The position numbers and the translations under genes were made by a program. A model generated the notes under the pieces. The model ran no database searches. It saw nothing but the letters and a program-made list of their open reading frames with translations, and was not told the origin of the DNA. DNA of 64,000 nt from Octopus sinensis (lineage: Eukaryota): contig NC_043012.1 in the NCBI RefSeq assembly GCF_006345805.1, forward strand, positions 39,804,001 to 39,868,000. The letters are read 5' to 3'. Positions 24,676 to 38,099 of this stretch are shown here, one piece after another (position 1 is the first letter of the stretch; every line of letters starts with the position of its first letter).

Positions 24676-27030
24676 CTCAGTAGTCTTATTTTTATCACTT
24701 GCTTTCACTGCACTACCGAGCGCAACCTTGTGTGCTTTGGATATATGCTGTGGTTTGTTGTGATGCTCTTATTTTCACTGTATAGAAAGTGTTTTACGTA
24801 GGATATGTACAGTACCTAGTAGTGCTATTTTCTGTATGTAAGTCCTGGTGTTTTTGTTATGTATTTGTCTGAATATTTTTTATCACAACTAATGCGTCCA
24901 CTATGATAGGAATTGTTTGTTTTTAGGCTCCTATATCCCGCATTATGATGACGAAACTTCGTTTTCTGCGTGACTGGCTCGAACAGCGTACCTCACTGAT
25001 TGACACTACTTACTGAGTTTGTCCACTATGTATTAGTAGTGGACCCGCCCAATTCTCACCTGCGGGCGTCTGCCACAACCCCCCCCCCTTGAGATTTTCT
25101 TCTCTTCTTTGAACACAACATATCTTTTTCATTTCTTTTTCTTCTAACCAGAATTATTTTTCTCTTCTTATTTAGATTTTTTTTCTTATTCCACACAGAA
25201 TTATATATATTTTTCTTCAAAATGCCGCAGGTAGTACCAGTCTACATTGTTTACTGGTATCGCTGCTACATATAGCGACCTTACTTAAATACTTTGAACG
25301 GACTTATATTATTTTTCACTGTGTGTTGTTCAGTTCTGTGTTAGTTTCAATTTTATCTGACACTTTTTCTTCAGAATCTTTTTTATATACTTTTTCACTG
25401 AGTGTATATTATTTTTTACTGTGTGTATATTATTTTTCACTGTGTGTAGTTCAATTCTGTGTTGGAGTTCATGTTTTCTCAGACATTTTTTTTTTCAGAA
25501 TTTTTTAAATATATTTTCACTGTGTGTAGTTTACTTTTCACTGTGTGAAGTTCAAATCCCACCTCGGGATTTGTAACATTTTTCCACTGCGTGAGCTCCG
25601 AATCCTCGTCACCACTATATTCCGCATTATGATAACGTAACTTCGTCGTCTGCGTGACTGGCTCGAACAGCGTACCTCACCGACTGACACTACTTACTGA
25701 GTTTGTCCACTATTTATTAGTAACGGACCCGCTCACTTCTCACCTGGAGGCGTCCGCCACAACAGCTCTACATTTTAGTTACCTATTTGTATTTTGAAAG
25801 TTTCTCCGTCACTTTTAGAGAAACATTGTCATCTGTTGGTATTGATACATCGATTAGAAAGCATTTTTTGCTTGGTCATCTCTGACAACTATATCCGGTC
25901 TATTGGCCTTAATTTCTCTATTTGTATTGACATATCCCCGAGTTGCTTTCTCATTTTCTTTTACCTATTCTGGCGTGTGCCTATAATACCATTTTTTTTC
26001 TGTTGTCATTCCATAGTGTCGGCATAGCTTCCAGTGTATATAGGTCCCAACTCAGTCGTGTCAGAATATTCCTTCTTAGCCAGGACTGGACGGCCAGGGA
26101 CAATATGATTTATTGTCCCTTCTCCATCTCCACATGTTCTGCAGTTACTTGTATTTTGTTTTCAGTATGTTTTTGGTAATTTATGGTGGGAAGGCTTTGA
26201 TCTTGTGCTGCAATTAAAAATCTTTCAGTCTCTGCTTTGAGTCCTGAGCTTCTCAGCCATTGTCGGGATTTTGCATTGTCTATTTCTTTTCTGTTTAGTT
26301 TAGTCCAATATTTGCAATGAAGGGGCTTTTCTTGCCATCGTTTTATCATGATCCGTTCCAGTTTTTTACAGCTTTTGATGTTTCTTCTTTTTCTTAATAG
26401 TTGTCAGGTACTATGGCTTCTTTTTTGTATTTGTCAGCTTCCTTAAAGACAGAAAACAGTTTTTTGTTTTGCTCATCTTTTGTGGCTATTTGTTTTAGTT
26501 TTCCTTGCTTCTGAAGTAAGTATTTCTGTAGTTCTATAATGGTTATTTTGTAATAGTTTTCTAGCTGTATAAGGCCTCTACCACCTTCTATACGTTGTAT
26601 ATATAACCTTTCTATGTCAGATTTTGGGTGGTGCATCCTAAATCCAGTCATTATTTTTATTGTTTTCCTGTCTATTTCGATTAGTTCATTTAGAGTCCAG
26701 TTAAGAATAGTGTAACTGTAACTTATAACTGGGACGTCTAGCGTGTTGATACTTATCGTGTTTTTCGCATTGAGCTCTATTTTTAGTATAAATCTAACTC
26801 GTCTATAGTATTCCTTTTTTATCTTCTTTCATTTGAGTCTGCTGTATCGTATCTAGTTCATTGATTCCTAAGTATTTGTATATCTGGCTTTGGTCTAATT
26901 CTCTTATTTCATTTGCTTTATCTAGTGTGATGTTGCTACTCTGAACTAATTTTCCTTTTTCAGGATTGCTTTGGCACATTTTTCTAAACCAAATTTCTTC
27001 TTTATTTATTTGGTAAACCATTCTGCTGTC
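24676..27030 (-). mobile_element. R4/Dong-clade non-LTR retrotransposon, 5'-truncated and decayed, interrupted by an LTR element at 24931-25764
   Basis: The minus-strand translation gives YKYLG, MHHPKSDIERLY..EGGRGL, GLKAETE.FLIAAQDQSLPT, CRTC..TINHI (CCHC finger), RPDIVVRD..CFLIDVSIP (restriction-like endonuclease PD..D) and QKIALLGTVHILRKTLSIQ* (stop at 24775). A ~100-bp 3' UTR ends in (TAA)n. Confidence 0.9.
24931..25764 (-). mobile_element. Complete non-autonomous miniature LTR retrotransposon (TRIM-like)
   Basis: LTRs 25615-25764 and 24931-25080 are 150 bp each, ungapped, with 16 mismatches (~89% identity). The 5' LTR starts TGTTGTGG. PBS TGGTGACGAGGAT (25614-25602); PPT AAGGGGGGGG before the 3' LTR; TSD GCTC at 24927-24930 and 25765-25768. 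Confidence 0.85.
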
Positions 27031-27043
27031 AGTAATGTTTCCA

Positions 27044-27275
27044 AAGGCAGCGAGCTAGCAGAATCGTAAACACGCCGGGAGAAATGCTTAGTGACAGTTG
27101 GTCCGTCCTTCCGTTATGAGTTTAAATTCCGTCGAGGTTGACTTTGCCTTTCATCATTTCGGGGATCGCTGAAAGAAGTACCAGTTAGGCACTGGAGTCG
27201 ATGTAATGGACAATCCCTTGCCTGCAAATTTCAGACCTTGTGCCTTTAGTAGAAAGGATTATTATCATTATTATT
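27044..27275 (+). mobile_element. SINE family C, full copy
   Basis: AAGGCAGCGAGCTAGCAGAATCG head; tail cttgtgcctttagtagaaaggattatt. Confidence 0.85.
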
Positions 27276-27440
27276 GAACTGTGTGAATCATAGAGATGTA
27301 ATTCGTCGTTCAGTGTAACAGCGCCATCTGGGCCTTGAATCCATTCGAAGCGGATCGTGTGGCTAACATTCCATCTGCGAATATATTCTGCTGGTTATAT
27401 CACCTGCGTTGGAGATCAACAAAAGTATCACACATGCATA

Positions 27441-27472
<32 letters not shown>

Positions 27473-27604
27473 CCTGCATATAATTTTTATATTTACGTGT
27501 GTGTATGTGTATACACACATATATATTTATGTAACTATATATTCGAGCAGTTTGCCAAAATTAGAAAGAATACGTAACTATATATAGTTGGAAATATATA
27601 TATA

Positions 27605-27817
27605 TATTTCATCTTTTATCCTTTACGTCCATGTTGGGGCAACGCCTTGAATTTTTAGTCGGATGAATCGACCCCAGGATTTATTCTTTGTAAGCCTAGT
27701 ACTTATCCTATCGTTCTCTTTTTCTGAAGTGCGTAGTTACCAGGACGTAAATACACCAACATCGGTTATCAAGCGATAGTGGGTGGACAAACAGATACAA
27801 GCGCACATACACACACA

Positions 27818-27850
<33 letters not shown>
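27605..27850 (-). mobile_element. SINE family A, 3' half
   Basis: cgaccccaggatttattctttgtaagcctagtacttat..caacatcggttatcaagcga. Confidence 0.75.
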
Positions 27851-27864
<14 letters not shown>

Positions 27865-27917
27865 GAAAAAACAAGTAAAAAATAGAAAATGCTAAAATAA
27901 TTTTATAGTGAACATTT

Positions 27918-27955
27918 CAGTACAGGTTTCGGTCATTTTGAGACCTTTTCAACTG
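27918..27955 (-). ncRNA. Minimal hammerhead motif with U3-A8 core variant, inside a probable Penelope terminal-repeat fragment (about 27865-28030)
   Basis: CAG-UUGAAAA-GGUC(ucaaaau)GACC-GAAA-CCUG-UA-CUG: stem I CAG/CUG, stem II GGUC/GACC, cleavage triplet GUA. Confidence 0.55.
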
Positions 27956-28387
27956 TAACGATTAAATAATTAAATTTAGAAAAATTAGAAGAAAAGTTTT
28001 CTTAAAAGAATATTTCTATAGTAGTGTTCAGATTTAAGTGGCATTCTGCCTTTCTCTGACTCCCTTGTATATATATATATACTCCTGCATGTATATATAT
28101 ATATATATATATTGGTAAACAGTAAAATTAATTAGTAAAATTAATATATATATATATATATATATATGAAAATAATAATGCAATACGAATGTATTACTTT
28201 CCAGTAAAAGATAGCCCATAAGGATAAAATTATTGGTGCCTAGTTGTACCATTTATCTACTTTTATGTGTGTGTGTATATATATATATATTATATATATA
28301 TACACACATAGGTAAATATTTACATATACATACATGTGCACATATGTACACATATAGACACATATACATATACATATATATACATAC

Positions 28388-28452
<65 letters not shown>

Positions 28453-29236
28453 TAAATATTTATATATGTATATATACGTTTTATACTTATATGTGTATAT
28501 GCAACTCATATAAAAGTGCCTATCTACATCCGTGTATCAACATTCGTATGTATGATGTGTGTTCATATTTTCCTGTTTCTACGCTTGTAAATATAATGAG
28601 AAATCTCTAACGTATTGTTTCGCACTGCCATCGTCTTTCTGTCTATCGTTTCTATCTTTAAGGTAGCACAGTATTTAATGAATGTCCTTATTACCTCTAT
28701 TTATCCTCGTGTGTCTCGTCATGGCTATATTCATTGTGATCACCATTCCTTGGCCTCGGGGAACTAACACAGCAGACACTGTCATTTCGATCACAATTAA
28801 ACCCTAATCGATTAGGTTTTGTCTTATTGTGGCACTACTTTCCACAACTTCTTCCTTTAAGCATTTCAAGATATCCGTCTGTCTATCAATCGATTTATCT
28901 AGCTGGCTAGCTATTGCTCTTTCTCTCTTTTTCGCTTTATCTCTCTCTATCTCTCTTTCTCCTCGTCCATTCTCTCACGCTCCGAGAAGTATATATGTAC
29001 GAACACACACACACACACATTATATATTATATGTGCATGTGTATATGGATATGGAATGAACGAAATGCCGACACCTGCATCCAAAATGTCCTGGACAAGA
29101 AAAAAAACTAGAGAACTCACCGAGCAAGACGTCATTGTATAGTTCCGAAGTATCGGCTATCTCTCTCTCTCTCTCTATCTATCTATCTCGCTTTCTCTCT
29201 CTCTCTATCTCCATCCCTTCTTCTCTTAAATATCGG

Positions 29237-29421
29237 TTTCAAATTTTGGCATAAAGCCAGCAATTTCGACCCCAGTGCTTCACTGGTATTTATTTTATTG
29301 ACCATAAAAGGATGAAAGACAAAGTCGACCTTGGTGGAATTTGAACTCAGAACGTAAAGATAGACGAAATACCACAAAGCATTTTTCCCGGCGTGCTAAC
29401 GATTCTGCCAGCTCACCGCCT
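29237..29421 (-). mobile_element. SINE family C
   Basis: Consensus head and body with a small internal deletion. Confidence 0.8.
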
Positions 29422-29444
29422 CAATAATAATAATAATAATAATA

Positions 29445-29657
29445 ATCCTTTCTACTATAGGCACAAGGCCTGAAATTTTGGAGGAGGTGACTAGTCAATT
29501 ACATCGATCCTAGTATTCCACTGGTTTTTATTTAATCGATCCCGAAAGGATGAAAGGCAATGTAAAAAGGTAAAATTTTAACTCCGGACGTAACGACGGA
29601 CGATATGCCGCTAAGCATTTTGTCCGGGGTTCAAACGACTCTGCCGGTTCGCCGACT
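29445..29657 (-). mobile_element. SINE family C, tandem with the previous copy across (TAA)n
   Basis: cctttctactataggcacaaggcctgaaattt tail and a diverged head. Confidence 0.78.
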
Positions 29658-29722
29658 TTACTCTTTTGAATATTATCAAGGTATTACAATAGCCTGGCTT
29701 TCGTGGGCCCACACACACACAC

Positions 29723-29975
<253 letters not shown>

Positions 29976-30144
29976 TACATCTGCACCGTCGGATGTTCCT
30001 GAACCAGTTATTAAGTACCCTACCCGTTAGGGTTCGATGCTACACTTGTCGAAACAATTGTAGTGATTAATAAAAATTCTCGTATTTACCATCTCCCGTC
30101 TTCTATTTACCATCTATATATCTATATAAGGTAGAAAAGGTTTT

Positions 30145-30250
<106 letters not shown>

Positions 30251-30809
30251 GTATATATATACATAGTGATTGAAAAATAAAAACTTTTTATTTTTCAATC
30301 ACTTTCGGAATTACAACAATTGGTGGCTTGGAGTTTTAACTGCTCTTTCTAGCGAGTCAGATATCCTAATCTTCGAGTATCTCTTTTGTGTTTGAACGGA
30401 CACTGTATTCTTCTCTGAATAATATATAGTTTATTGACTATTTTTTCTTCCTCGCTAGACCACTGGTAACTAAGAATTTTTCGATGAATATTCTTGCTAC
30501 CCTAAGATTTTAATACATATATGTACATACGTACATATATATATATATATATATAATATATATATATATATATTATATATATATATATATATATTCATGC
30601 ATATATGGGTACAGGACATAAAAAAAAAACGTTGAACACAATGAGAAACGAAAACAAAAACAAAATGATAGAAACGAACTTTTTTTCTAAGAACAACAAA
30701 AAACAGAAACGAGACATACAACGTAAAGAATATTCCCCTTCTTCAGTCGTCCCGGTTTCAACTACTCCACGAATCGAAGGCAAATATAAACACACGCAAA
30801 TATCTGTTT

Positions 30810-31175
30810 GTATGTAATGTTGCTGGAGGTGGGGGTCGTAGGGGAATGGTCCTGTTAGATGCAACTCTCATTATACTTTCCGCTTGGATTCCGAAGAGCT
30901 ACCAACTGAAAGAAGAGATATTATCCAACCGTCTCGTTCCTGGCATATCCCTACGTCTTGCAATCGCTTCTTGTGGCATTCTATTCCGTAGTACCAGAAC
31001 TGTGGCCTCTTAATGCGGCGAAGTAACAACACGACCTGGAGACTCATTAATCTCTGAGTTACTCCCCTTGTCGAGTAACGTTACCCCAGAGACCCTTTGG
31101 GGGAACCTCATTTCGACCTCTTACATTCGCGACCAGACTCTTTCCAACATTACCCAACATTCATGACCATGGGTA
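30810..31175 (-). mobile_element. RTE-clade LINE 3' fragment (Rex3/Expander-like)
   Basis: The minus-strand translation THGHECWVMLERVWSRM.EVEMRFPQRVSGVTLLDK..RMPQE..LDNI matches the recalled RTE C-terminus YGHECWVMTERVRSRVQAAEMGFLRR. Confidence 0.75.
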
Positions 31176-31626
31176 AATATATATACACTTCTTTTTATTG
31201 GTTTCGGCGATCTGGTTGTAGCCCAACTGGGCCAACGTCATCACGTCTTTTCTTCTTGGTGCTCACTATTTACTGAACTAGGGAAACTGGAGTCGAAGCT
31301 GCATCCATCATTTCTTTCTCTTATCGTCATCAGTTTGTCAGGAATTGTACACAACTGTTGGCATTTACTCCACGTATATTCTTTGTGATTTCTTTTTAGC
31401 CCTTTGATATCCAGGCTATATTACAGTGTTCTGTCTTCAGTCGAGAAAAAAAAGGTGCATATTTTTTGTAGCTTGCAAATCGTGACATGTTCCCTTCTTT
31501 GTAGAATTGAAACCAAATTTTGGTAGTAATTACTACAAGAGCTCCCGGACATTTCTGATTGTATACACACACATGTATGTATATATGTATATAAAATTAT
31601 GTATATATGTATATATATTATATATA

Positions 31627-31656
<30 letters not shown>

Positions 31657-31657
<1 letters not shown>

Positions 31658-33264
31658 CAGAGGTATGTACACCACTAAAAAATTCAGTAAAATTGCCATT
31701 ACTCTGATAATATCGAAGGAAATCAGACGAAATTTATGCTGAATTATAATATATTATAGATGCAAACATAGAAATTTTGTACATAAAACAATAAACATTT
31801 TTAAAGATATGAATGAAATATTAATTTTCAAACGCTGCAAAAATATGTATACCCTAAAGGATGATCATTTTTACTATATTCAATATCTGATGTGACTGTC
31901 AATGACTGCATTAAGTCTTCTGGCCATAGAGTCGACTAAATATCCGTATATAAGCGATGAAATCGACCTCCATTCATCCAGAATTATGTCTTTCAACTGT
32001 GTTACATTGCGGGTTTTTTTTTTCCTTAACCTTCCTTTTCAAAACACCCCACAGATGTTCTGTTGAGTTTTAATTCAGGTGACATGGTATGCCAAGGCAA
32101 TACCATGGCCTTTTTATCTGTTAAAATCTTAGTTGTCACCTTTGAAGTGTGTTTAGGGTCATAATAATGTTAGAACATGGAATGTCTTCTTAGTTCCTTG
32201 ATGCTTTTCAACATTGTTTTCTGCAATATGTCGGAATAAAGCCTCCAACCCATTGTTCTCTCAATAAACGTGAGTCCTCGCACACCAGCCGCAACCAAAA
32301 CATAACACTTCTGTCGCCGTGTTTCACGGTAGCCACGGTGCATCTCTCGCTATTATCTTCACCTGGTCGTTTAATACTATTCTCGTTTAATACCATCTGA
32401 CCCAAACAAGTTGATCTTAGTCTCGTCAAAAAAAACGAAATTCATTCCAAAACTCCTTCCTCTTACTTACATAGGTTTCGTCAAAAGAAAGACAACTTGA
32501 TTTATGCCTGGTAGTGAGGAGAGTCTTCCTACGAGGATTGCATCCATGAAGACCACACTTGGTTCGAACTTCGGCGAACTGTTTGGGCGGATACATTCTT
32601 TCCACTAACAGAAGACACTTCTTGGGTCAGAGCCGAAGCGGTACGACGCCTGTCGTCCATCACGCAACGTTGGGTGTGGCGAATATCACGCGCAGTTAAA
32701 ATAGAAGGACGACTTGGACAATGTTTATTGCTTAGCCATCCAGTAGCTTTGTACTTCTGAATTACTTTGGCAACTAATATGTTTTCGTTTGCTAATTAAC
32801 TTGCATCCTAAACCATTTCTGTGCAAATTAAAAATAATTTTCTTCAAATCTTCAGACAATTCTTTTCCTTTTTGGTGCCATTTTAATCACAATGAAGAAG
32901 ATTTTCACCACGGTCCACAGATTAGAATTCCTGCAGATGCAATAACCAATGACCGGCGCAAAAATGCCAGGAGAAATAATTTATTAGAATTGAAATTATC
33001 AGCAATATCTGAATTTAGTTTAAAAGGTGGAGAAAATATTGAATATACCAAATTTCTTTTAGGGTGTACATATTTTTGTGACGTTTAATAGTTCGTTCAT
33101 ATTTTAGAAAATCTTTATTGTTTTCTGTTCCAAATTTGTATAATGTTTGCATCTATAATATATTATATTCAGCATAAATTTCGTTTGATCTCCTTCGATA
33201 TTATCAGAGTAATGGCAATTTTACTGAAATTTTTTAGTGGTGTACATACTTCTGTGAGATACTG
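31657..33264 (-). mobile_element. Near full-length Tc1-family DNA transposon with ~200-bp IR/DR-type inverted repeats
   Basis: The right end reads CAGTATCTCACAGAAGTATGTACACC on minus with a flanking TA. The left TIR is its near-perfect complement over ~100 bp, but the outer ~9 bp are lost into (TA)n. Inner DRs lie at about 31839-31856 and 33061-33078. Confidence 0.9.
31880..32881 (-). pseudogene. Tc1 transposase, frameshifted and with stops
   Basis: Frame-hopping translation gives MAP..ELSEDLKK, GLHGCNPRRK, DETKINLFGSDG, RCTVATVKHG..SVMFW, MSPEL..EHLWG and DSMARRLNAVI, i.e. Tc1 DDE motifs. Confidence 0.85.
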
Positions 33265-33330
33265 TATATATGTGTGTATGTGTGTGTGCAGCATGTATGT
33301 ATGTATGTATGGATGTATGTATGTATGTAT

Positions 33331-33413
<83 letters not shown>

Positions 33414-34099
33414 TTTTCTCTGCCGGTTCTTTAATTTGATGGCTATCGTTTCTCACACAAGGTATATGAAACAAGCCATATTCGATATCTCCTGCGTCAG
33501 TTTGTCTTGTAGAAATAAAAGTGGAGAACAGATGACTGTCAGTGCCAAAACACTTTACCAATAAAAGTAAATCAATCACGTGTGCCTATCTGCCTGTCTG
33601 TCTGTCTGTCTGTATGTATGTATGTATATGTGTGTATGTTTCTAGATGTGGGAATGCAGACGCTAACAGGTTTAAAGAGAATGGAAGAGAGAAGCAACAA
33701 CAAAAGCAACGAATAATACGATACACACTCACACGCATAAATATGTATATATATAAATACACACACATTCTTCCTCTCTCACACATACATACACACACAC
33801 ATGTATATATATATATGCATACATACACACGCACACATACACTCACACATGCACGCATGCTCAATACCAGAGGTTTTGTTCTTCATTTCAAAAACAGGTG
33901 ATATTTATCTTAGTATATCGGCATTCCAGATATTCATGACCCCTAACTACGATAGGACATGAACAGAAATGATGGAGAGGAAATAAGCTACAACCCCATG
34001 GTGTCGAATTTGACCTCATGGAGAGAGCAGTTTTGTAAATTGGTAAACACCGGTTTGGGAATCAACACAGAAGATAAGTCAATTGTATTTTCTGAAATT

Positions 34100-34317
34100 T
34101 GTTTCGGTCATTAGACTGCGCCCATGCCGGGGCACTGCCTTCGAGAGCTTAAGTCGAACGAATTAACCCCAGTGCTTCTATTCTCTAAGCCTGGTACGTG
34201 TTCTGTCGGTTACTTAGGCCGAATCGCGACGTTACAGGAATGTAAACACACCAGCTCCGGTTATAAAGTGGTGGTGGGACACACACACACACACACACAC
34301 ACATACACACACACACA

Positions 34318-34371
<54 letters not shown>

Positions 34372-34540
34372 ACACACACACACACGACGGGTTTCTTTCA
34401 GTCATCCATCTACCAAATCCACTCACAAGGCTTTGGTTGGTCAGTGATCATAGTACAAGACACTCGCCTAGGGTGCCACGCAGTGGGACTGAAACCGGAA
34501 CCATGTGGTTAGGAAGCAAACTTTTTACCAAACAGCCAAG
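34100..34540 (-). mobile_element. SINE family A, full copy with expanded internal (CA)n
   Basis: Consensus head and tail on the minus strand. Confidence 0.85.
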
Positions 34541-35561
34541 TTTTCGTTTTTCGCTACTTCTGATTGATTTCGGAAAAACGAAATGAAATTCGAGCATGGT
34601 GCTCTCTGGCAGCACCGAGAAACCATTATTGTTTGAATTCCACAGAGCATCAGAACAACCTCATGGCCATGTTAATTCTAATATTGTACTTGAGACAGAA
34701 TTCCTGTCAAAGATTTCATTAGTGTGGAATGGCGGCTTCTGTTGATTATCCTAGGATTTATGGCGGGATAGCTGTTTAATCTTCATCAGAGAGCTCTTTC
34801 CCAAGAATTGGTCTGTTGTCATGAATTTACAGAACTACGGTCTATGCCAAGATGAAAACTTCGATACTGTGGCTTCGACCTTCATCACATTTCTTCTGTC
34901 ACGTTATGCCAGAACTACGAACCCAAAATGCCGACATATTAAAAAGAATTTCCCCTACAACCAATTAATAGGATATTCTGTGTTGCTGACATTTTCCCTC
35001 TCATTATACATTCACACATTGCTTCTAATAAACTGTGTATTTGTCACAGCTCATACTGTTTAATACATTGAAATAGGACGCATGTCATACCATTTTAAAT
35101 GCTTATAACAAGGCATGAAACTATCTTGCCCTGGCGTACGTGCGTTCAAGACAGGCACACACTGGAAAAACTAAATTCGTCACCATCTTTACTAAGTGAC
35201 GGTTGTATAACTAAAGCTTTATTCTAGTTTATTTATGTTAATTTTATGTTCATTTATGCTAATTCAGCACGTGATCTTGACATTAAATACATTACTATCC
35301 TAATCGCGGCAGAGTTTTGTCTTTTACCTTCACTTTTTTATAAATGGTTTTGTTATTTTTGTTCTCCAAGTATTTCAGCGTCACTTTTATCAAACTCATT
35401 AAGTACAATTGATTTATTTTTATTGCCAATTTTTAGAAATTTGAATTCTTTATATAAAGATATTTACGACGTTGACTGTAGTTGCGATTGAATTATAAAA
35501 ATGTCTTTCGGTTCTTTTTACAACCTTTCGTTTTCCCTTCGTGTATATATATATTAGAGAG

Positions 35562-35564
<3 letters not shown>

Positions 35565-35604
<40 letters not shown>

Positions 35605-35607
35605 TGC

Positions 35608-35675
<68 letters not shown>

Positions 35676-35730
35676 GTGGGTGGGTGGGCGGATGGATGGA
35701 TGGATGGATGGATGGATGGATGGATGGATG

Positions 35731-35769
<39 letters not shown>

Positions 35770-35810
35770 GATAGATAGACAGATAGATACAGACAGACAG
35801 ACAGACAGAC

Positions 35811-35863
<53 letters not shown>

Positions 35864-35885
35864 TAGATAGATAGATAAATAGATA
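35565..35885. repeat. Compound (AGAT)/(GGTG)/(GGAT)/(AGAC)/(AG)n
   Basis: Direct reading of the sequence. Confidence 0.95.
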
Positions 35886-36622
35886 GATGTACACATTATC
35901 ATATGCTTCACATTTACATATTTATGTATGTACATATTAACGTGTATTTTGTTTGACCTTTGCTCTGCAGCCTGTACCTAATAAATATGGGAGCTAAATG
36001 AGCTTTGCCAGTGACACACGCGTCAGAAACACATGTGCGTCGGGCCACGTGGGTTTATTGCCTCGGGTAATATTTTAATGTACTAAATAGATTTACACAT
36101 CATATATTTCACATAGCAATGCTCTCATTCATATTCTGGTTCTCCTCGTTGAGAGCTTTATAAATATTTTACACATGAAATAGTTCTTGCTGTCCTAAGA
36201 AGTTTCATTTTAATATGAATTTTATATTTGTTGAGGGGTGTCTATGTATATATGCACGTACACACATACTCACAGACACACACCACATACCATACCACAC
36301 ACACACACACACACCACACACAAAGCGTGAGTGTATAAAGTGAAAAACACCATTATTGGTTAATTTCTTTTTGTGAAGTGAGGTTCGGAGAAGACTATAA
36401 CTGGAGGCTCTGAGGGAAGGATGGTGAAGGTGGGAGTAGGAGGACTGAAATGAAGGGGAGGAGAAGAGGAGGAGAAAGAGGAGTCAGATAAAGCAAGGGA
36501 AGAAAATAAGATGACAAAAAATATAAAATCAGAAAATATTCGCCATAAAAGAATATTAAAATGTAAATGAAAAAATTGTGGATGAAAGTAAATGGTGTGT
36601 ATAACAGAAAATATTAATGACA

Positions 36623-36669
<47 letters not shown>

Positions 36670-36914
36670 TGTATTCATGTATATATAAATATCCCATATA
36701 AGTACTTATATATTTATGTATTATATGTGTGTATGGTTGTGTGTGTCTGTATATAATATATTTATATATATATATATACATACATACCTATATATACATA
36801 CACTATATGTATATATACACTATATATATATATATAACGTATATGTACATGTGTATGCATACACGCAAGTATGTATACATATCTCCATACATATATGTAT
36901 TTATATATATAAGC

Positions 36915-36958
<44 letters not shown>

Positions 36959-38099
36959 ACAGATATATATACAAAACATACGTACACATGCACACACAAA
37001 GGAAGGGTGTGATAGAGACAGAAAGAGATGTAGCCTGGTGTTACATACTTATTTCATGCTCTATGTTTTTATTATTTTTCATTTTCCGAAGTATATATTT
37101 AATAAATAAAAGCAAGAACTCTGATGGAAAAACTTGATTTATTTTTGTTCAATACATTTATCCCCCCATTTTCCTCATAATTTTTTTAATGTTGAAATTG
37201 TTGTTGAATATATTGAATGTATGGTGAAAGCGATTGAGACGACCGAAAGAAGAAAAAAACAGTATAATATATATTAATATATTATGGAAAAAATATATAT
37301 AAAATATTTTCTAAAATGAAAATATCAAATGAGACGATTTGAAATCATTTTGTGGTGTTTTGTATGTTTCTATTAGTATGGTCGTTTGAATATGGTGAAG
37401 AAAAAAATTGGAAACTATAACTTATTGTGGACACAGATAATTGAATTGAATGTGTTTTTTGTGGGGGTGGTTAAAGGAACATTCATACATACGTATATGT
37501 ACGTGTGTGTTTGTGTGCGTGCATGAGTTTGAGTATGCGTGTGGAGAAAGACAGAAAGAGAGAGAGAGAGAGGGGGGAGAGAGCGTGAGAGAGAGAGTGT
37601 GTGTGTGTGTTAACAGGGGGAAGTGAGGAAACACTGATGCAAAGAAAATTACTTTGTTTATAACATGATAGATAATAAATGGTTGAGGAAATTGTTAGAT
37701 AGTGCCGAGCTGCTCTTTGAAAGCTATATATATAAAACCGTTGTGTGTTACGTAGCAAACACACACATATGTGATAATTACTTCATCTTACCAGATAATA
37801 GCCGCCTCCAGATGAAATCTTTGTGCGTTTTTGGTTGATAGTGACACACAATTGTATTGACACAGTTGTATGAAATCATATATCATTCTCCAGATGCCAA
37901 CAAATAAATGTCCAGTAGCAAGCAAGGCCAAGATTGTCGACAGTTATGTCAACCATAATTTATATATTAGTGTAGTTACTAAGAGATTTCCAATATAAAG
38001 GAACACATGCAAGTGAGTAAGTGTTTGAGCTGTGAGTTTGAGATTCTTTACGTGACTTTTAAATCCTGCATACATGCACACTTGCCTTTTGTTGCTTTT

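Noticed and set aside
27318-27335. CTCF-like motif (CCAGATGGCGCTG on minus)
   Set aside because: Only a partial match to the core; a single short motif is not supportable without ChIP data.
30040-30075. GAAA-CAATTG-TA followed by AATAAA (3' half of a Penelope-type hammerhead)
   Set aside because: No recognisable CUGANGA or stem II upstream; at best a decayed pLTR.
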